From: a bacterium
GTDB lineage: Bacteria > Hinthialibacterota > Hinthialibacteria > Hinthialibacterales > Hinthialibacteraceae
Reading direction: 5' to 3'
NCBI GenBank assembly: GCA_041946805.1
Contig: JBHGBC010000059.1
Span: forward strand, 1-30,591
Length of the DNA: 30,591 nucleotides
The notes beneath the pieces are model-generated. The model was not told where the DNA came from and did no database searches. It was given only the letters and a program-made list of their open reading frames with translations. Position 1 is the first letter of the stretch. Every line of letters starts with the position of its first letter. Of this stretch, positions 7,605 through 16,569 are shown piece after piece. The position numbers and the translations under genes were made by a program.

Positions 7605-9014
7605 ATGTCCAGGCCCAAAACCTTGGGCGCGCTCCGGGCTGAAGGGTATCAGTCCCGGCCGGTCAAGGAAGAGTTGCGATCGAACCTGGTCCAAAAACTG
7701 AAAGCCCGGCAGTCCTTGTTTCCCGGGATCATCGGATACGACAATACGGTGATTCCCCAGATTATCAATGCCCTGCTTTCGCGGCACGACATGATTTTTC
7801 TGGGTCTCCGCGGCCAGGCCAAAAGCCGGATCATCCGCCAACTGCCTTCGCTGCTCGATGAATACATTCCCATCGTCGCCGGCAGCGAAATCAACGACGA
7901 TCCCTATCATCCCATCTCCAAGTACGCGCGGGAACTCATCTCCCAGCGCGGAGACGAAACCCCCATCGATTGGATTACCGCGGACGAACGCTACAAGGAA
8001 AAATTGGCCACGCCCGATGTGACCATCGCTGACCTGATCGGCGACATCGATCCCATCAAGGCCGCCAAACGCCGATTGGATTTGTCCGACGAGGAGGCCA
8101 TCTCCTTCGGCCTGATCCCCCGCTCCAACCGGGGCATCTTCGCCATCAACGAACTGCCCGACTTGCCGCCCAAGATCCAGGTCGGCCTTTTCAACATCAT
8201 GCAGGAACGGGACATCCAGATCCGGGGCTATTCCATCCGCCTGCCGCTGGATGTCTTTCTGGTCTACAGCGCCAATCCGCAGGATTACACCAACCGCGGG
8301 CGCATCGTCACGCCGCTCAAGGACCGCATCGGCTCCGAAATCCGCACCCATTACCCCCTCTCCCGCGAGGAAGGCATGGCCATCACCGACCAGGAAGCCC
8401 ATGTCAACAACCGGGACGGGCTGGAGATCATCGTGCCGCATTTCCTCAAGCAGATCGTGGAAGAGATCGCCCGCGCCGCCCGCGAAAACAAAGACGTGGA
8501 ACAAAGTTCCGGCATCAGCGCCCGCTTCTCCATTACCTGCATGGAAAACCTGGTCAGCAGCGCCGAACGCCGCGCCTTGATGAACGGCGAACGCGTGATC
8601 TGCCCCCGCGCCGGCGACTTGATTTACATGCTCCCCGCCATGACCGGCAAGATGGAACTCAGTTATTCCGGCGAGGAACGCGGTTCCGAGCAGGTGGCCC
8701 GCCGTCTCATCCGCCAAGCCATGCGCGTCATCTTCAGCGAATATTTCGGCCATGACGATTGCCAAAGCACCATCGACTGGTTCCACGAGGAAAACCGCAG
8801 TTTCATGCTGCACGACAACATGCCCGCCGCCGAGCTCATCGCCCGCGCGGAACACGTCCGGGGCCTGACCGGGCGCGTGAAGGCCTATCTGAAGAACGAC
8901 CCCATCCAACGCCCCGAAGTGCTGGCCTCGGGCATCGAATTCATGCTCGAAGGCCTCTTCGCCCATAAACGGTTAAGCAAAACCGAAATGCACGGCCAGG
9001 TGACGTATGGATGA
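7605..9014 (+). CDS. AAA+ ATPase, magnesium-chelatase ChlI-like / MoxR-related (Rv0958-like family)
   Basis: RBS GGGAGG at 7589-7594; 469 aa; Walker A variant GLRGQAKS, ATPDVTIADLIGDIDPIKA, Walker B variant FAINELPDL, SANPQDYTNRGRIVTPLKDR. Confidence 0.88.
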   Translation: MSRPKTLGALRAEGYQSRPVKEELRSNLVQKLKARQSLFPGIIGYDNTVIPQIINALLSRHDMIFLGLRGQAKSRIIRQLPSLLDEYIPIVAGSEINDDPYHPISKYARELISQRGDETPIDWITADERYKEKLATPDVTIADLIGDIDPIKAAKRRLDLSDEEAISFGLIPRSNRGIFAINELPDLPPKIQVGLFNIMQERDIQIRGYSIRLPLDVFLVYSANPQDYTNRGRIVTPLKDRIGSEIRTHYPLSREEGMAITDQEAHVNNRDGLEIIVPHFLKQIVEEIARAARENKDVEQSSGISARFSITCMENLVSSAERRALMNGERVICPRAGDLIYMLPAMTGKMELSYSGEERGSEQVARRLIRQAMRVIFSEYFGHDDCQSTIDWFHEENRSFMLHDNMPAAELIARAEHVRGLTGRVKAYLKNDPIQRPEVLASGIEFMLEGLFAHKRLSKTEMHGQVTYG

Positions 9015-9061
9015 GGAGGAAGGTATTTCAATACTATATGCCAGCCAGCCCCAAAAAAGGA

Positions 9062-9088
9062 TGTCATCCCCGCGTATGCGGGGATCCC
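9062..9088 (+). repeat. REP-like palindrome family C
   Basis: TGTCATCCCCGC-GTAT-GCGGGGATCCC; 8-bp stem ATCCCCGC/GCGGGGAT; homologous to 10481-10508. Confidence 0.8.
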
Positions 9089-9136
9089 GGAGAGCAAAAA
9101 CGTTATTCGTAAAACTGGACGATTCCGGTGAATATT

Positions 9137-9171
9137 CCCTCACCCCAGCTCTCTCCCTGAGGGAGAGGGAG
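9137..9171 (+). repeat. REP-like palindrome family A
   Basis: CCCTCACCCCAGCTCTCTCCCTGAGGGAGAGGGAG; near-identical to 10560-10594 and 5397-5431. Confidence 0.85.
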
Positions 9172-9172
9172 C

Positions 9173-9250
9173 GGGAGGGCGAACCTCCGGGTGAGCCGCC
9201 AAGATCAGATACATTGGCATCAAGCGGCTCGGCGGGAGCCTCGCCCTTCC
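9173..9250. repeat. Inverted 26-nt doublet (REPIN-like, family E)
   Basis: GGGAGGGCGAACCTCCGGGTGAGCCG (9173-9198) matches the reverse complement of CGGCTCGGCGGGAGCCTCGCCCTTCC (9225-9250) at 20/26 positions; 26-nt spacer. Confidence 0.75.
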
Positions 9251-9270
9251 CCTATCAAACGAGGCCAATC

Positions 9271-10362
9271 ATGCGCTGGTACCGCTTTACCGAATATCAG
9301 GGCGATGACGAAGACGAGATACTCGAACAGGCCCAGGAGTTTCTCGATCGTCTGAAGGATTACCTTTTCCTCACCGGCGGCAATCTCCGGGAAGCCATCG
9401 AGATGATGAAGGAAGCCGGTGAATTGGGCGAAGGCGAGGAAGCCGACCGGCGGGCGGAGGAATTGTTCCGGCTGCTCGAAGAGGCAGGGTATGTCGATTC
9501 CGAAGGCAACGTAAAACGCCTCAGCGATAAGGGCTTACGCTTGCTCAGCGAAAAAACGCTGGAAGAACTGCTTACTTCCATCCAAAAGAGTCAAACCGGG
9601 CATCACGAAACGGCATACAAAGGATCCGGCGATGTGCTGAATTACGAATCGCGGCCCTGGGAATACGGCGATCATCTCAACCTGGACATTCTCCGCACAT
9701 TCCAAAACTCATTCATCCGCCGGGGCATCCACCTGCCCGTGGATCTGGAAATGGAGGATGTGGAGATCATGGAAACCGAACACCAGAGCCAATGCGCCAC
9801 GGTCCTGATGCTCGATATCAGCCACAGCATGATCCTCTACGGCGAGGACCGCTTCACCCCCGCCAAAAAAGTCGCCCTGGCCCTGACTCACCTGATCCGC
9901 ACCAAGTACCCGCAGGATTCGCTCAACATGCTGCTGTTCTACGACGACGCCAAGGAAATCTCACCGGAGCAGCTCTTATCCTGCAAAGTCGGGCCGTTTT
10001 ACACCAACACCAAGGCGGGTTTGGCGTTAGCCCAGCGGATTCTGTCGCGCTATAGCTGCGACAACAAGCAGATCATCATGATCACCGACGGCAAACCTTC
10101 CGCCATCACCCACGAAGGCCAGATCATCCGCCATTCCTGGTGGGATCCGTGGATCATCCACGAAACCTTGCGGGAAGCCGAAAAATGCCGCAACAAGGGC
10201 ATCCGCATCAACACCTTCATGCTGGCCCGCGACCGCCTGTTAATGGAATTTATCCATAAACAAACCCAAATCACGCGGGGGAAGGCGTATTTCACCTCCC
10301 CCCACACGTTAGGCCAATATCTGCTTGTGGATTACATGAACCAGCGGCGCAAACGAAATTGA
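9271..10362 (+). CDS. VWA-domain protein, likely partner of the upstream AAA+ ATPase
   Basis: RBS GAGG at 9261-9264; 363 aa; MIDAS DISHSM, YTNTKAGL, ITDGKPS; RPWEYGDHLNLD motif. Confidence 0.88.
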   Translation: MRWYRFTEYQGDDEDEILEQAQEFLDRLKDYLFLTGGNLREAIEMMKEAGELGEGEEADRRAEELFRLLEEAGYVDSEGNVKRLSDKGLRLLSEKTLEELLTSIQKSQTGHHETAYKGSGDVLNYESRPWEYGDHLNLDILRTFQNSFIRRGIHLPVDLEMEDVEIMETEHQSQCATVLMLDISHSMILYGEDRFTPAKKVALALTHLIRTKYPQDSLNMLLFYDDAKEISPEQLLSCKVGPFYTNTKAGLALAQRILSRYSCDNKQIIMITDGKPSAITHEGQIIRHSWWDPWIIHETLREAEKCRNKGIRINTFMLARDRLLMEFIHKQTQITRGKAYFTSPHTLGQYLLVDYMNQRRKRN

Positions 10363-10480
10363 GGCATGTTATTTTTCTTTTTTAGGGATACTCCCTTTCC
10401 ATCCGGCATCGCTTTCCCTTCTTCCGGTACACCCCTCTCTTTCAACAATCCCTGCTCTTTCTGTCATCTCCTATTCTTTC

Positions 10481-10508
10481 TGTCATCCCCGCGAAAGCGG
10501 GGATCCAG
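10481..10508 (+). repeat. REP-like palindrome family C
   Basis: TGTCATCCCCGC-GAAA-GCGGGGATCCAG with GNRA loop; TCTTTCTGTCATC occurs as a direct duplication at 10456-10468 and 10475-10487. Confidence 0.8.
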
Positions 10509-10559
10509 GCCATACCAGAATTCAGGGAAGCGATCCTAATGATAGGGACACCCGTATTT

Positions 10560-10624
10560 CCCTCACCCTGGCTCTCTCCCAGAGGGAGAGGGAACCAGGG
10601 GGAGAGGGAACCAGAGAGAGGAGA
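10560..10624 (+). repeat. REP-like palindrome family A with tandem 16-nt duplications of its 3' arm
   Basis: CCCTCACCCTGGCTCTCTCCCAGAGGGAGAGGGAA, then CCAGGGGGAGAGGGAA and partial CCAGAGAGAGGAGA. Confidence 0.85.
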
Positions 10625-10670
10625 TTATTATATATGGAAGGGATAGACTGGCAGGTAGGGTATTCCAATA

Positions 10671-11963
10671 TTATTCAAACAATGCCCAATCCTGTAATCC
10701 GGTGATCGTCGGCTCGACGTACCGGGCCATGATGTTGCGGTCCTCCGGATTGCGGTTGGTTCCGCCTTCTTCCCAGACCACGTAGAAGCCGCCGGTTTGG
10801 GGATTGGCCGCAACCACGGGGAGTTTGGATTCATCATAATAACGCTCGTCATTCCCTTCATCCGTGTTGTCATCGCCGCCTTCGTAAATCAAGAAATTTC
10901 CGTTAGCTAGCGTTCCATCCCGTTTGACGAACTGGCCATAGATATCCGCGAAGGCGAAATCTCCGCTCGGATCGCCTTTCCACACCACCAAGTACAACTT
11001 GGATTGGGGATTGTAATCCACATCCTGCCGGAGCGTGTAGGCGGTCCCGGCCTCGATGGGAATCGGATTGCCTGCCATTTGGCCGCTCGAACCGATAATC
11101 CAGCCAAGGGTGTCCGTCAAGGTTTTAGGGTTGACATTGTCCGAGAAGCCGATGCGTTCGTCCCACACCACCAGGAACTGATCGTCGTCCGGATTGTACG
11201 CGATCCGGGGCGATTCCTCGGCGAATTCCTGGTCGCGGAGGCGGATGTTTTCGCCGATCAATTCGCCGATATTGGAAATGAGTTGCGCGCTGAGGTTCTC
11301 CGAGCCGGTAATGCGGTTTTCCCGGTCTTCCCAGGCCACAAGGTACGCGTTCCGGACCTTCGACCAGGCCACCGCGGGGTTGGTTCCGATACCGACATTT
11401 TCCACCAGGTAATCCAGGGATAAGTCCGGTAAAAGGATCTGCGCCGTCATGGGTTCGCCCAGGCCGATGATGTAGCGGTTATCCGTGGCGTTGTACGCCA
11501 CCGAAACCACCCGGGCGCGGGCGGCGGGATCGAAGAGGGTGGGGCCGCCGCTGCGGCCGATTTCCACCATATCGCCTACCGGCTGTCCCTGGGCCGAAAC
11601 GCGTTGAGCCACCGCCATCGTATCGTTGACCCGGCGGGCCACGAGCAGGAATTCATTGGCCTGGCTGTTGTACGCCACTTCCGGCGCCTCGAAGCTATCA
11701 TTACCCGTCATCAGGACCACCGGATTGCCGATGGGTTGCCCCGTGCCGCCGTTCACGAGAATTCCGGCGATATCGTTGAGGTTGATATCCACCACGCTCT
11801 CCCAGACGACCAAAAAGGTGTTGTCATTGGAGTTGTAAGCCACGTCCGGGAACTGCTGCGCTCCGGCGGCGTTGGTGATAGTGATGACATCCCCCAAGTT
11901 TTGCGCCGGGGAGCCCATGACGCACACCGACAAGAGCCAGGCGATGCCTATGGTCCGTTTCAT
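10671..11963 (-). CDS. Secreted repeat protein, probable 7-bladed beta-propeller, function unknown
   Basis: RBS GGAGG; signal peptide MKRTIGIAWLLSVCVMGSPA; seven repeats of the type [DES]VAYNxxxxxFLVVW; ends in EPTITGLQDWALFE. Confidence 0.8.
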   Translation of the reverse strand: MKRTIGIAWLLSVCVMGSPAQNLGDVITITNAAGAQQFPDVAYNSNDNTFLVVWESVVDINLNDIAGILVNGGTGQPIGNPVVLMTGNDSFEAPEVAYNSQANEFLLVARRVNDTMAVAQRVSAQGQPVGDMVEIGRSGGPTLFDPAARARVVSVAYNATDNRYIIGLGEPMTAQILLPDLSLDYLVENVGIGTNPAVAWSKVRNAYLVAWEDRENRITGSENLSAQLISNIGELIGENIRLRDQEFAEESPRIAYNPDDDQFLVVWDERIGFSDNVNPKTLTDTLGWIIGSSGQMAGNPIPIEAGTAYTLRQDVDYNPQSKLYLVVWKGDPSGDFAFADIYGQFVKRDGTLANGNFLIYEGGDDNTDEGNDERYYDESKLPVVAANPQTGGFYVVWEEGGTNRNPEDRNIMARYVEPTITGLQDWALFE

Positions 11964-12047
11964 ATCTCTCTACCTCCATTCCAGGAATGCCAAACCTAGA
12001 TTCTCCGTATTCATACTATGCGGATTTGATCAAAAATCCAATGAATT

Positions 12048-13490
12048 TCACATGGTATTTTCCTCATTGGTCCCACACTCATCCCTGATTGATAACACCG
12101 AAATCCGCAGCACATTTCGTGTATCCGGCCGCAAGCGGAACGAGTCCGAAACGCAATAGCCCACCACCCAGGCGATTTCCCGGTCAAAACAAACCAATGG
12201 GATCCGGCCGCGCTTTTCATGGGGAATCCGCTGCTCCTGCAGGATCTTTTTGACCTTCTTGGTTCCCCGCATGCCGAGGGGCAACATGACATCCCCCTCG
12301 CGCCGGGTCCGGACGGTCACGGGATGGCATACCCGGTCCGCGTCGAACTCGGCAATAGTTTGGGAGGGCGGTTCCAGAGGCAAGAGGTTGACCGGCCGGA
12401 TCTGGGCTTCGATCCGCACATTCAAGGCGGGAATGTCGGTGACTCCGGGAATGTTCAGTGGGAATTCCTGGGAAAGGGTTTTCGGATCCAGAGGAGGAGA
12501 GAAATAGAACCAATCATATCGCCGGTAGAGGAAAACCTGATCGCTGAGGTGGATTTCCCCTTGCGGCCGTTCGCTTCGTAATAACGTCAGGGCATCCTTG
12601 ATATGCAACCACGAATCAGTTACTTGCAGCGTTTCAAAATACGACCGCAGTAAACGGCCCTGTTCCGCCTCGGTCAATTCCAGAAACCGGATCCGGTCCG
12701 CGGGCGCATCCGGACTTGCTGGACCGAAATCCTCCCGCAATCCGTGGATGTGCTTGCCCCAAAACTCCTCGTCCCGCCGCGCCAGTTCGGCCAGACGCGC
12801 CAGGTTCTTTTCCGACTGGGGGTTGAACTCATGTTTGAGCAAGGGAATCAATTTTTGGCGGATCCGGACGCGGGTGTAGCATGGATCCTCGTTCATAGCG
12901 TCGCGGCGGTATTCCAAGTTTCTCTCCCGCAAATAAGCCAGGATCTGATCCCGGCTCAGGCTGAGCAGGGGGCGGATGATGGGGATTTCCAGATCGTTGC
13001 GGACCGGCAAAATACCCTGTAAGCCGGACAACCCGGCAGCGCGCAGGAGACGGTGCAGGACAGTCTCCGCCTGGTCGCTGAGCGTATGCCCGGTGGCGAT
13101 GAAGTGGCAATCCAGTTCCACTGCCGTATGTACCAATTTCTGATAGCGTAAACGGCGGGCCGACTCCTCCAGATTGCCGGTCCGGGCTTGCTCTACTTCC
13201 TCCTGGTCAAAGCGCCGGACGGTGAGGGGCAGGCCGTACTGATCGGCCAACGCGACGACGAACCGTTCGTCCTCCAGGGCTTCCCGGCCCCGGAAGCCGT
13301 GATTGACATGCGCGATCCGCAATTCGAATCCGAGGCGGCCGCGCAGGCGGGACAACACATCCAGCAGGGCGACGGAGTCGGGCCCGCCTGAAACCGCCGC
13401 CAGCACGCGATGCCCTTCCAACGGAATGCCCATCCGCTGCAAGGAACGTTCAACCTGACGAGGGGACAAAACCGAAATGGAATCACGCAT
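12048..13490 (-). CDS. tilS: tRNA(Ile)-lysidine synthetase
   Basis: AVSGGPDSVAL PP-loop, HVNHGFRG, ARRLRY, ATGHTLSDQAET, IIRPLL, C-terminal GTKKVKKILQEQRIP; ATG 13490 with AGGGA upstream. Confidence 0.95.
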   Translation of the reverse strand: MRDSISVLSPRQVERSLQRMGIPLEGHRVLAAVSGGPDSVALLDVLSRLRGRLGFELRIAHVNHGFRGREALEDERFVVALADQYGLPLTVRRFDQEEVEQARTGNLEESARRLRYQKLVHTAVELDCHFIATGHTLSDQAETVLHRLLRAAGLSGLQGILPVRNDLEIPIIRPLLSLSRDQILAYLRERNLEYRRDAMNEDPCYTRVRIRQKLIPLLKHEFNPQSEKNLARLAELARRDEEFWGKHIHGLREDFGPASPDAPADRIRFLELTEAEQGRLLRSYFETLQVTDSWLHIKDALTLLRSERPQGEIHLSDQVFLYRRYDWFYFSPPLDPKTLSQEFPLNIPGVTDIPALNVRIEAQIRPVNLLPLEPPSQTIAEFDADRVCHPVTVRTRREGDVMLPLGMRGTKKVKKILQEQRIPHEKRGRIPLVCFDREIAWVVGYCVSDSFRLRPDTRNVLRISVLSIRDECGTNEENTM

Positions 13491-13592
13491 CCTGTGCGTC
13501 CCTGATCCACGGGAAATGACTGGCGCCAGGAATAGTATGCCGTTCCCGCCGCGCGCATTCCAGGAAACCGGTGAGGCCATCCGGGAAGCAGG

Positions 13593-14972
13593 CTAGAGGA
13601 GCGTGCCCTCCATGATGAGCAATGCCACGGTGAAATAGATCACGATGCCCATGACATCGACGATCGTCGCGACGAACGGAGCCGAGGACAGGGCGGGGTC
13701 GAAACCCAGTTTCCGCAAGAGAAAGGGCAGCATGGAGCCGGTCAGCGTGCCGAACATCACCACGCCGACCAGAGCCAGGTTCACGGTGAAAGCCACCTGG
13801 AGAAAATGGGGGCCGTACAGAGTCAGGCGGGAGGGCCATAAGGTGATCCGCGCGAAGGCGATCAATCCCAGGACGCAGCCCATCAACAATCCGATGGTCA
13901 GTTCCCGGAAAAAGACCTTGATCCAATCCCGGATCTGCACATGCTGCAAGGCCATGGCGCGGATGATCAGGGAGGCGGCTTGGGAACCGGAGTTCCCGCC
14001 GCTGCTGATGATCAAGGGGATGAACAGGGCCAGCACGATCGCCCGCTGCAATTCCTGTTCGAAATAGGACATGGCGGTGGAGGTCAGCATTTCCCCCAAA
14101 AACAAGACCGACAGCCAGCCGGCGCGTTTGCGCACCAGGGTGGTGTAAGACACATCGAAATAGGGTTCGTCGATGGCCTCCAAGCCGCCCATCCGGTGCA
14201 TGTCTTCCGTGGCCTCTTCGACGACCACGTCGAACACGTCGTCCGAGGTCACGATGCCCACCAGGGTGCCGTCCGAATCCACCACCGGCAGCACGGGGAC
14301 ATCGTAGCGCAGCATGGCCCGCGAGGCGGCCTCCTGGTCATCGAAGGCGTTCAGGGCGATGACCTGGGCGTTCATGATATCGCGGATCCGGGAACCCGAT
14401 TCGGCGAAGATGAGCGAGCGGATTTTCAAATCGGCGATCAGGCGGTCTTTCTCGTCGGTGACATAGAGGATGTTGACGGTTTCCTTCTCGCGGCCGGTTT
14501 TGCGGATGTACGCGATGGTCTGATCAACCGTCCAATCCTCCCGCACGGCCATGTACTCGGGCGTCATCAAGCGCCCGACCGAGTCTTCCGGATAACCGAG
14601 CAGGGTTTTGGCGATGGCCCGTTCTTCCGGACTGAGCAATTCCAGGATCCGCCGCGTGAGTTTGCCCGGCAGTTCCTCCAGCAGGGCGGTACGGTCGTCG
14701 GGATCCATCTCGTTCAGGATGGAGGAGACCTGCTCGTGACCCAGCAGGCGCAGCACCTCTTCCTGGCCGCTGAAACTGAGATACTCGAATACGTCGGCGC
14801 TGATGGACCGGGGCAGCAGGCGGAACACCACCGCGCGTTCTTCCTCGGAGAGAACGCTGATCGTTTCGGCGATGTCGACCGGATCCAGTTCGCGCAACGA
14901 TTCGCGCAATTCCTTGTAGTTCTTTTCCGCGAGCAGCGCCTTGATTTCCGGCTCGATCAACCGCCCCAGCAT
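13593..14972 (-). CDS. mgtE: Magnesium transporter MgtE
   Basis: N-domain, CBS pair (YPEDSVGRLMT; LPVVDSDGTLVGIVT), ISSGGNSGSQA and DPALSSAPFVATIVD; start 14972 (alternative 14993). Confidence 0.96.
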   Translation of the reverse strand: MLGRLIEPEIKALLAEKNYKELRESLRELDPVDIAETISVLSEEERAVVFRLLPRSISADVFEYLSFSGQEEVLRLLGHEQVSSILNEMDPDDRTALLEELPGKLTRRILELLSPEERAIAKTLLGYPEDSVGRLMTPEYMAVREDWTVDQTIAYIRKTGREKETVNILYVTDEKDRLIADLKIRSLIFAESGSRIRDIMNAQVIALNAFDDQEAASRAMLRYDVPVLPVVDSDGTLVGIVTSDDVFDVVVEEATEDMHRMGGLEAIDEPYFDVSYTTLVRKRAGWLSVLFLGEMLTSTAMSYFEQELQRAIVLALFIPLIISSGGNSGSQAASLIIRAMALQHVQIRDWIKVFFRELTIGLLMGCVLGLIAFARITLWPSRLTLYGPHFLQVAFTVNLALVGVVMFGTLTGSMLPFLLRKLGFDPALSSAPFVATIVDVMGIVIYFTVALLIMEGTLL

Positions 14973-15202
14973 GGAGTCCGAATAGCCCAGCATACCCGGC
15001 GCGCCTTTCCATTCCAGCCGGAGGGGATCCACGCGCCACCGGGCGCCGGTTCCTCCGGCGGGGGATAGGGGAAAGCCTCATTCCACGGTTGTCCGCGAAT
15101 GAGGCTTTCCTCAACCAGCCGCCATCCATCCAGCGGACCGACAAACTCCGGGACGGATTTCACGATGGCGGATGGAGTCACCGCAAGAAGTATACCCGCG
15201 GA

Positions 15203-16357
15203 TTACAATCTTTTAATCTGAATAGCTTTGAAATCGATCCACGCGCCAGCCATATGCATCTGCAGGGCGATATGGCCCGGCCGGATGGTGGTCAGTCCGT
15301 CGTAGTTGACCGTGGTCTCGCCATTGACGCGAACGGTCACGCGGGAGCCCCGCACCCGGATCTGCATAGGGAACCATTCCCCATCCCGGTAATCCGGCTG
15401 CGTGGAACGGACGATGTTATACAGGCTGCCGGTGGGGTAATCGGAATCGGGCGTGTTTTCGATCTGGATTTCGTTGCCCCGGTCGCCGGTCTTGAGTTCC
15501 TTCCAACGGAAAAAGATCCCGCCGTTCGCCAACGGGCAGGTGCGGAGATAGCAGAACAGTTCGAAATCCTGGTACTCTCCGTTCGTCACCAGGTAGCTCC
15601 CATTGTTTTCGGCATGGATCACGCCGTCCTTCACCTCCCACGTAGCCCCCTTGCCTTCGATATACCAGCCGTCCAGATCCTTCCCGTTGAAGAGCGTTTC
15701 CCACTTCTCCTGGGCGGGCAGTTCCTTGATCCGGAGATTACGGAACCAGACGGGATACCCCATGTCCTGCAGGCCGATATATCCGTGCCGCAGCCGGTAT
15801 TTCAGTTCATCATGTTGTTCGACATCGAGATCTTGGACCAGCACGCCGTTAATCCAGAACTTGAGCGACGGCCAATCGAACAAAATGCGGCCCTGGTTCC
15901 AACTTTTATCCGGCCCGATGGGATTGGACAGGGGCGCCACCGCCGCGAACACCGCTCCGCAGGTTTTGATCGAGGGTGGTTCATCGTTCTTATTTTTATG
16001 ATCAATCTGGAATTCGAAACCCGTGAGCGAATTGCGGCCATGCAAGGGCGCGCTGAAAAACACGCCGCTGTTGCACCAGCCGTCCATCCGGAATTCAAAG
16101 CGCAGATCGAAATTCTCGTATTGCTTCTCGCTGCGCAGCCAGGCGGGATATCCCGTGGTCCCCGGGCAATAGATCACGCCCCAGGCTACCTGAAAAGTGT
16201 CCGGCTTGCCGTGTTCAATCACCCAACCGTCCAGGTTTTCGCCATTGAACAGGGGTGTGAATCCTTCATCCCCGGCCGGCGCTTCTCCAGCGTGGAGCCA
16301 CACCGCTGACACAAAAACAAGGGATAAAATTGATCCGATAGCACCGAACTTCTGCAT
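15203..16357 (-). CDS. Secreted tandem DUF1080 (3-keto-disaccharide hydrolase-like) protein
   Basis: RBS AAGGA; signal peptide MQKFGAIGSILSLVFVSAVWLHA; two domains starting LFNGENLDGW and LFNGKDLDGW with NSGVFF/NGGIFF, EFQI/EIQI and GYIGLQ/GHIALQ. Confidence 0.92.
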   Translation of the reverse strand: MQKFGAIGSILSLVFVSAVWLHAGEAPAGDEGFTPLFNGENLDGWVIEHGKPDTFQVAWGVIYCPGTTGYPAWLRSEKQYENFDLRFEFRMDGWCNSGVFFSAPLHGRNSLTGFEFQIDHKNKNDEPPSIKTCGAVFAAVAPLSNPIGPDKSWNQGRILFDWPSLKFWINGVLVQDLDVEQHDELKYRLRHGYIGLQDMGYPVWFRNLRIKELPAQEKWETLFNGKDLDGWYIEGKGATWEVKDGVIHAENNGSYLVTNGEYQDFELFCYLRTCPLANGGIFFRWKELKTGDRGNEIQIENTPDSDYPTGSLYNIVRSTQPDYRDGEWFPMQIRVRGSRVTVRVNGETTVNYDGLTTIRPGHIALQMHMAGAWIDFKAIQIKRL

Positions 16358-16569
16358 TCTCGCTTTCCTTTCTTTCGGGACGCGGATACCGCGCCACGCG
16401 CCCAATCCGTTCACGCGTTGATCCGCATGCCTTCCCGCGCAAAGCACGGGGAAGGAATCCAGCATGCAGGTTGGACGCCGCCGGTACAAGGGATCCCGGA
16501 TGGCGGGGCCGTATCTACCCTGACGCGCGCCGCCGGGATGGAAGTGGAATTCAAGGTTATGCCGCGTTG

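Noticed and set aside
7581..8966. 461-aa minus-strand ORF
   Set aside because: Antisense shadow of the AAA+ ATPase
14973..15202. M-box (ykoK) riboswitch upstream of mgtE
   Set aside because: No recognisable conserved M-box segments or terminator by eye; an Rfam scan would be decisive
13941..16309. 375-aa and 406-aa plus-strand ORFs
   Set aside because: Antisense shadows of mgtE and the DUF1080 gene
16425..16467. Hairpin downstream of the deacetylase-like gene as cluster terminator
   Set aside because: Imperfect stem with no U-tract on the minus strand
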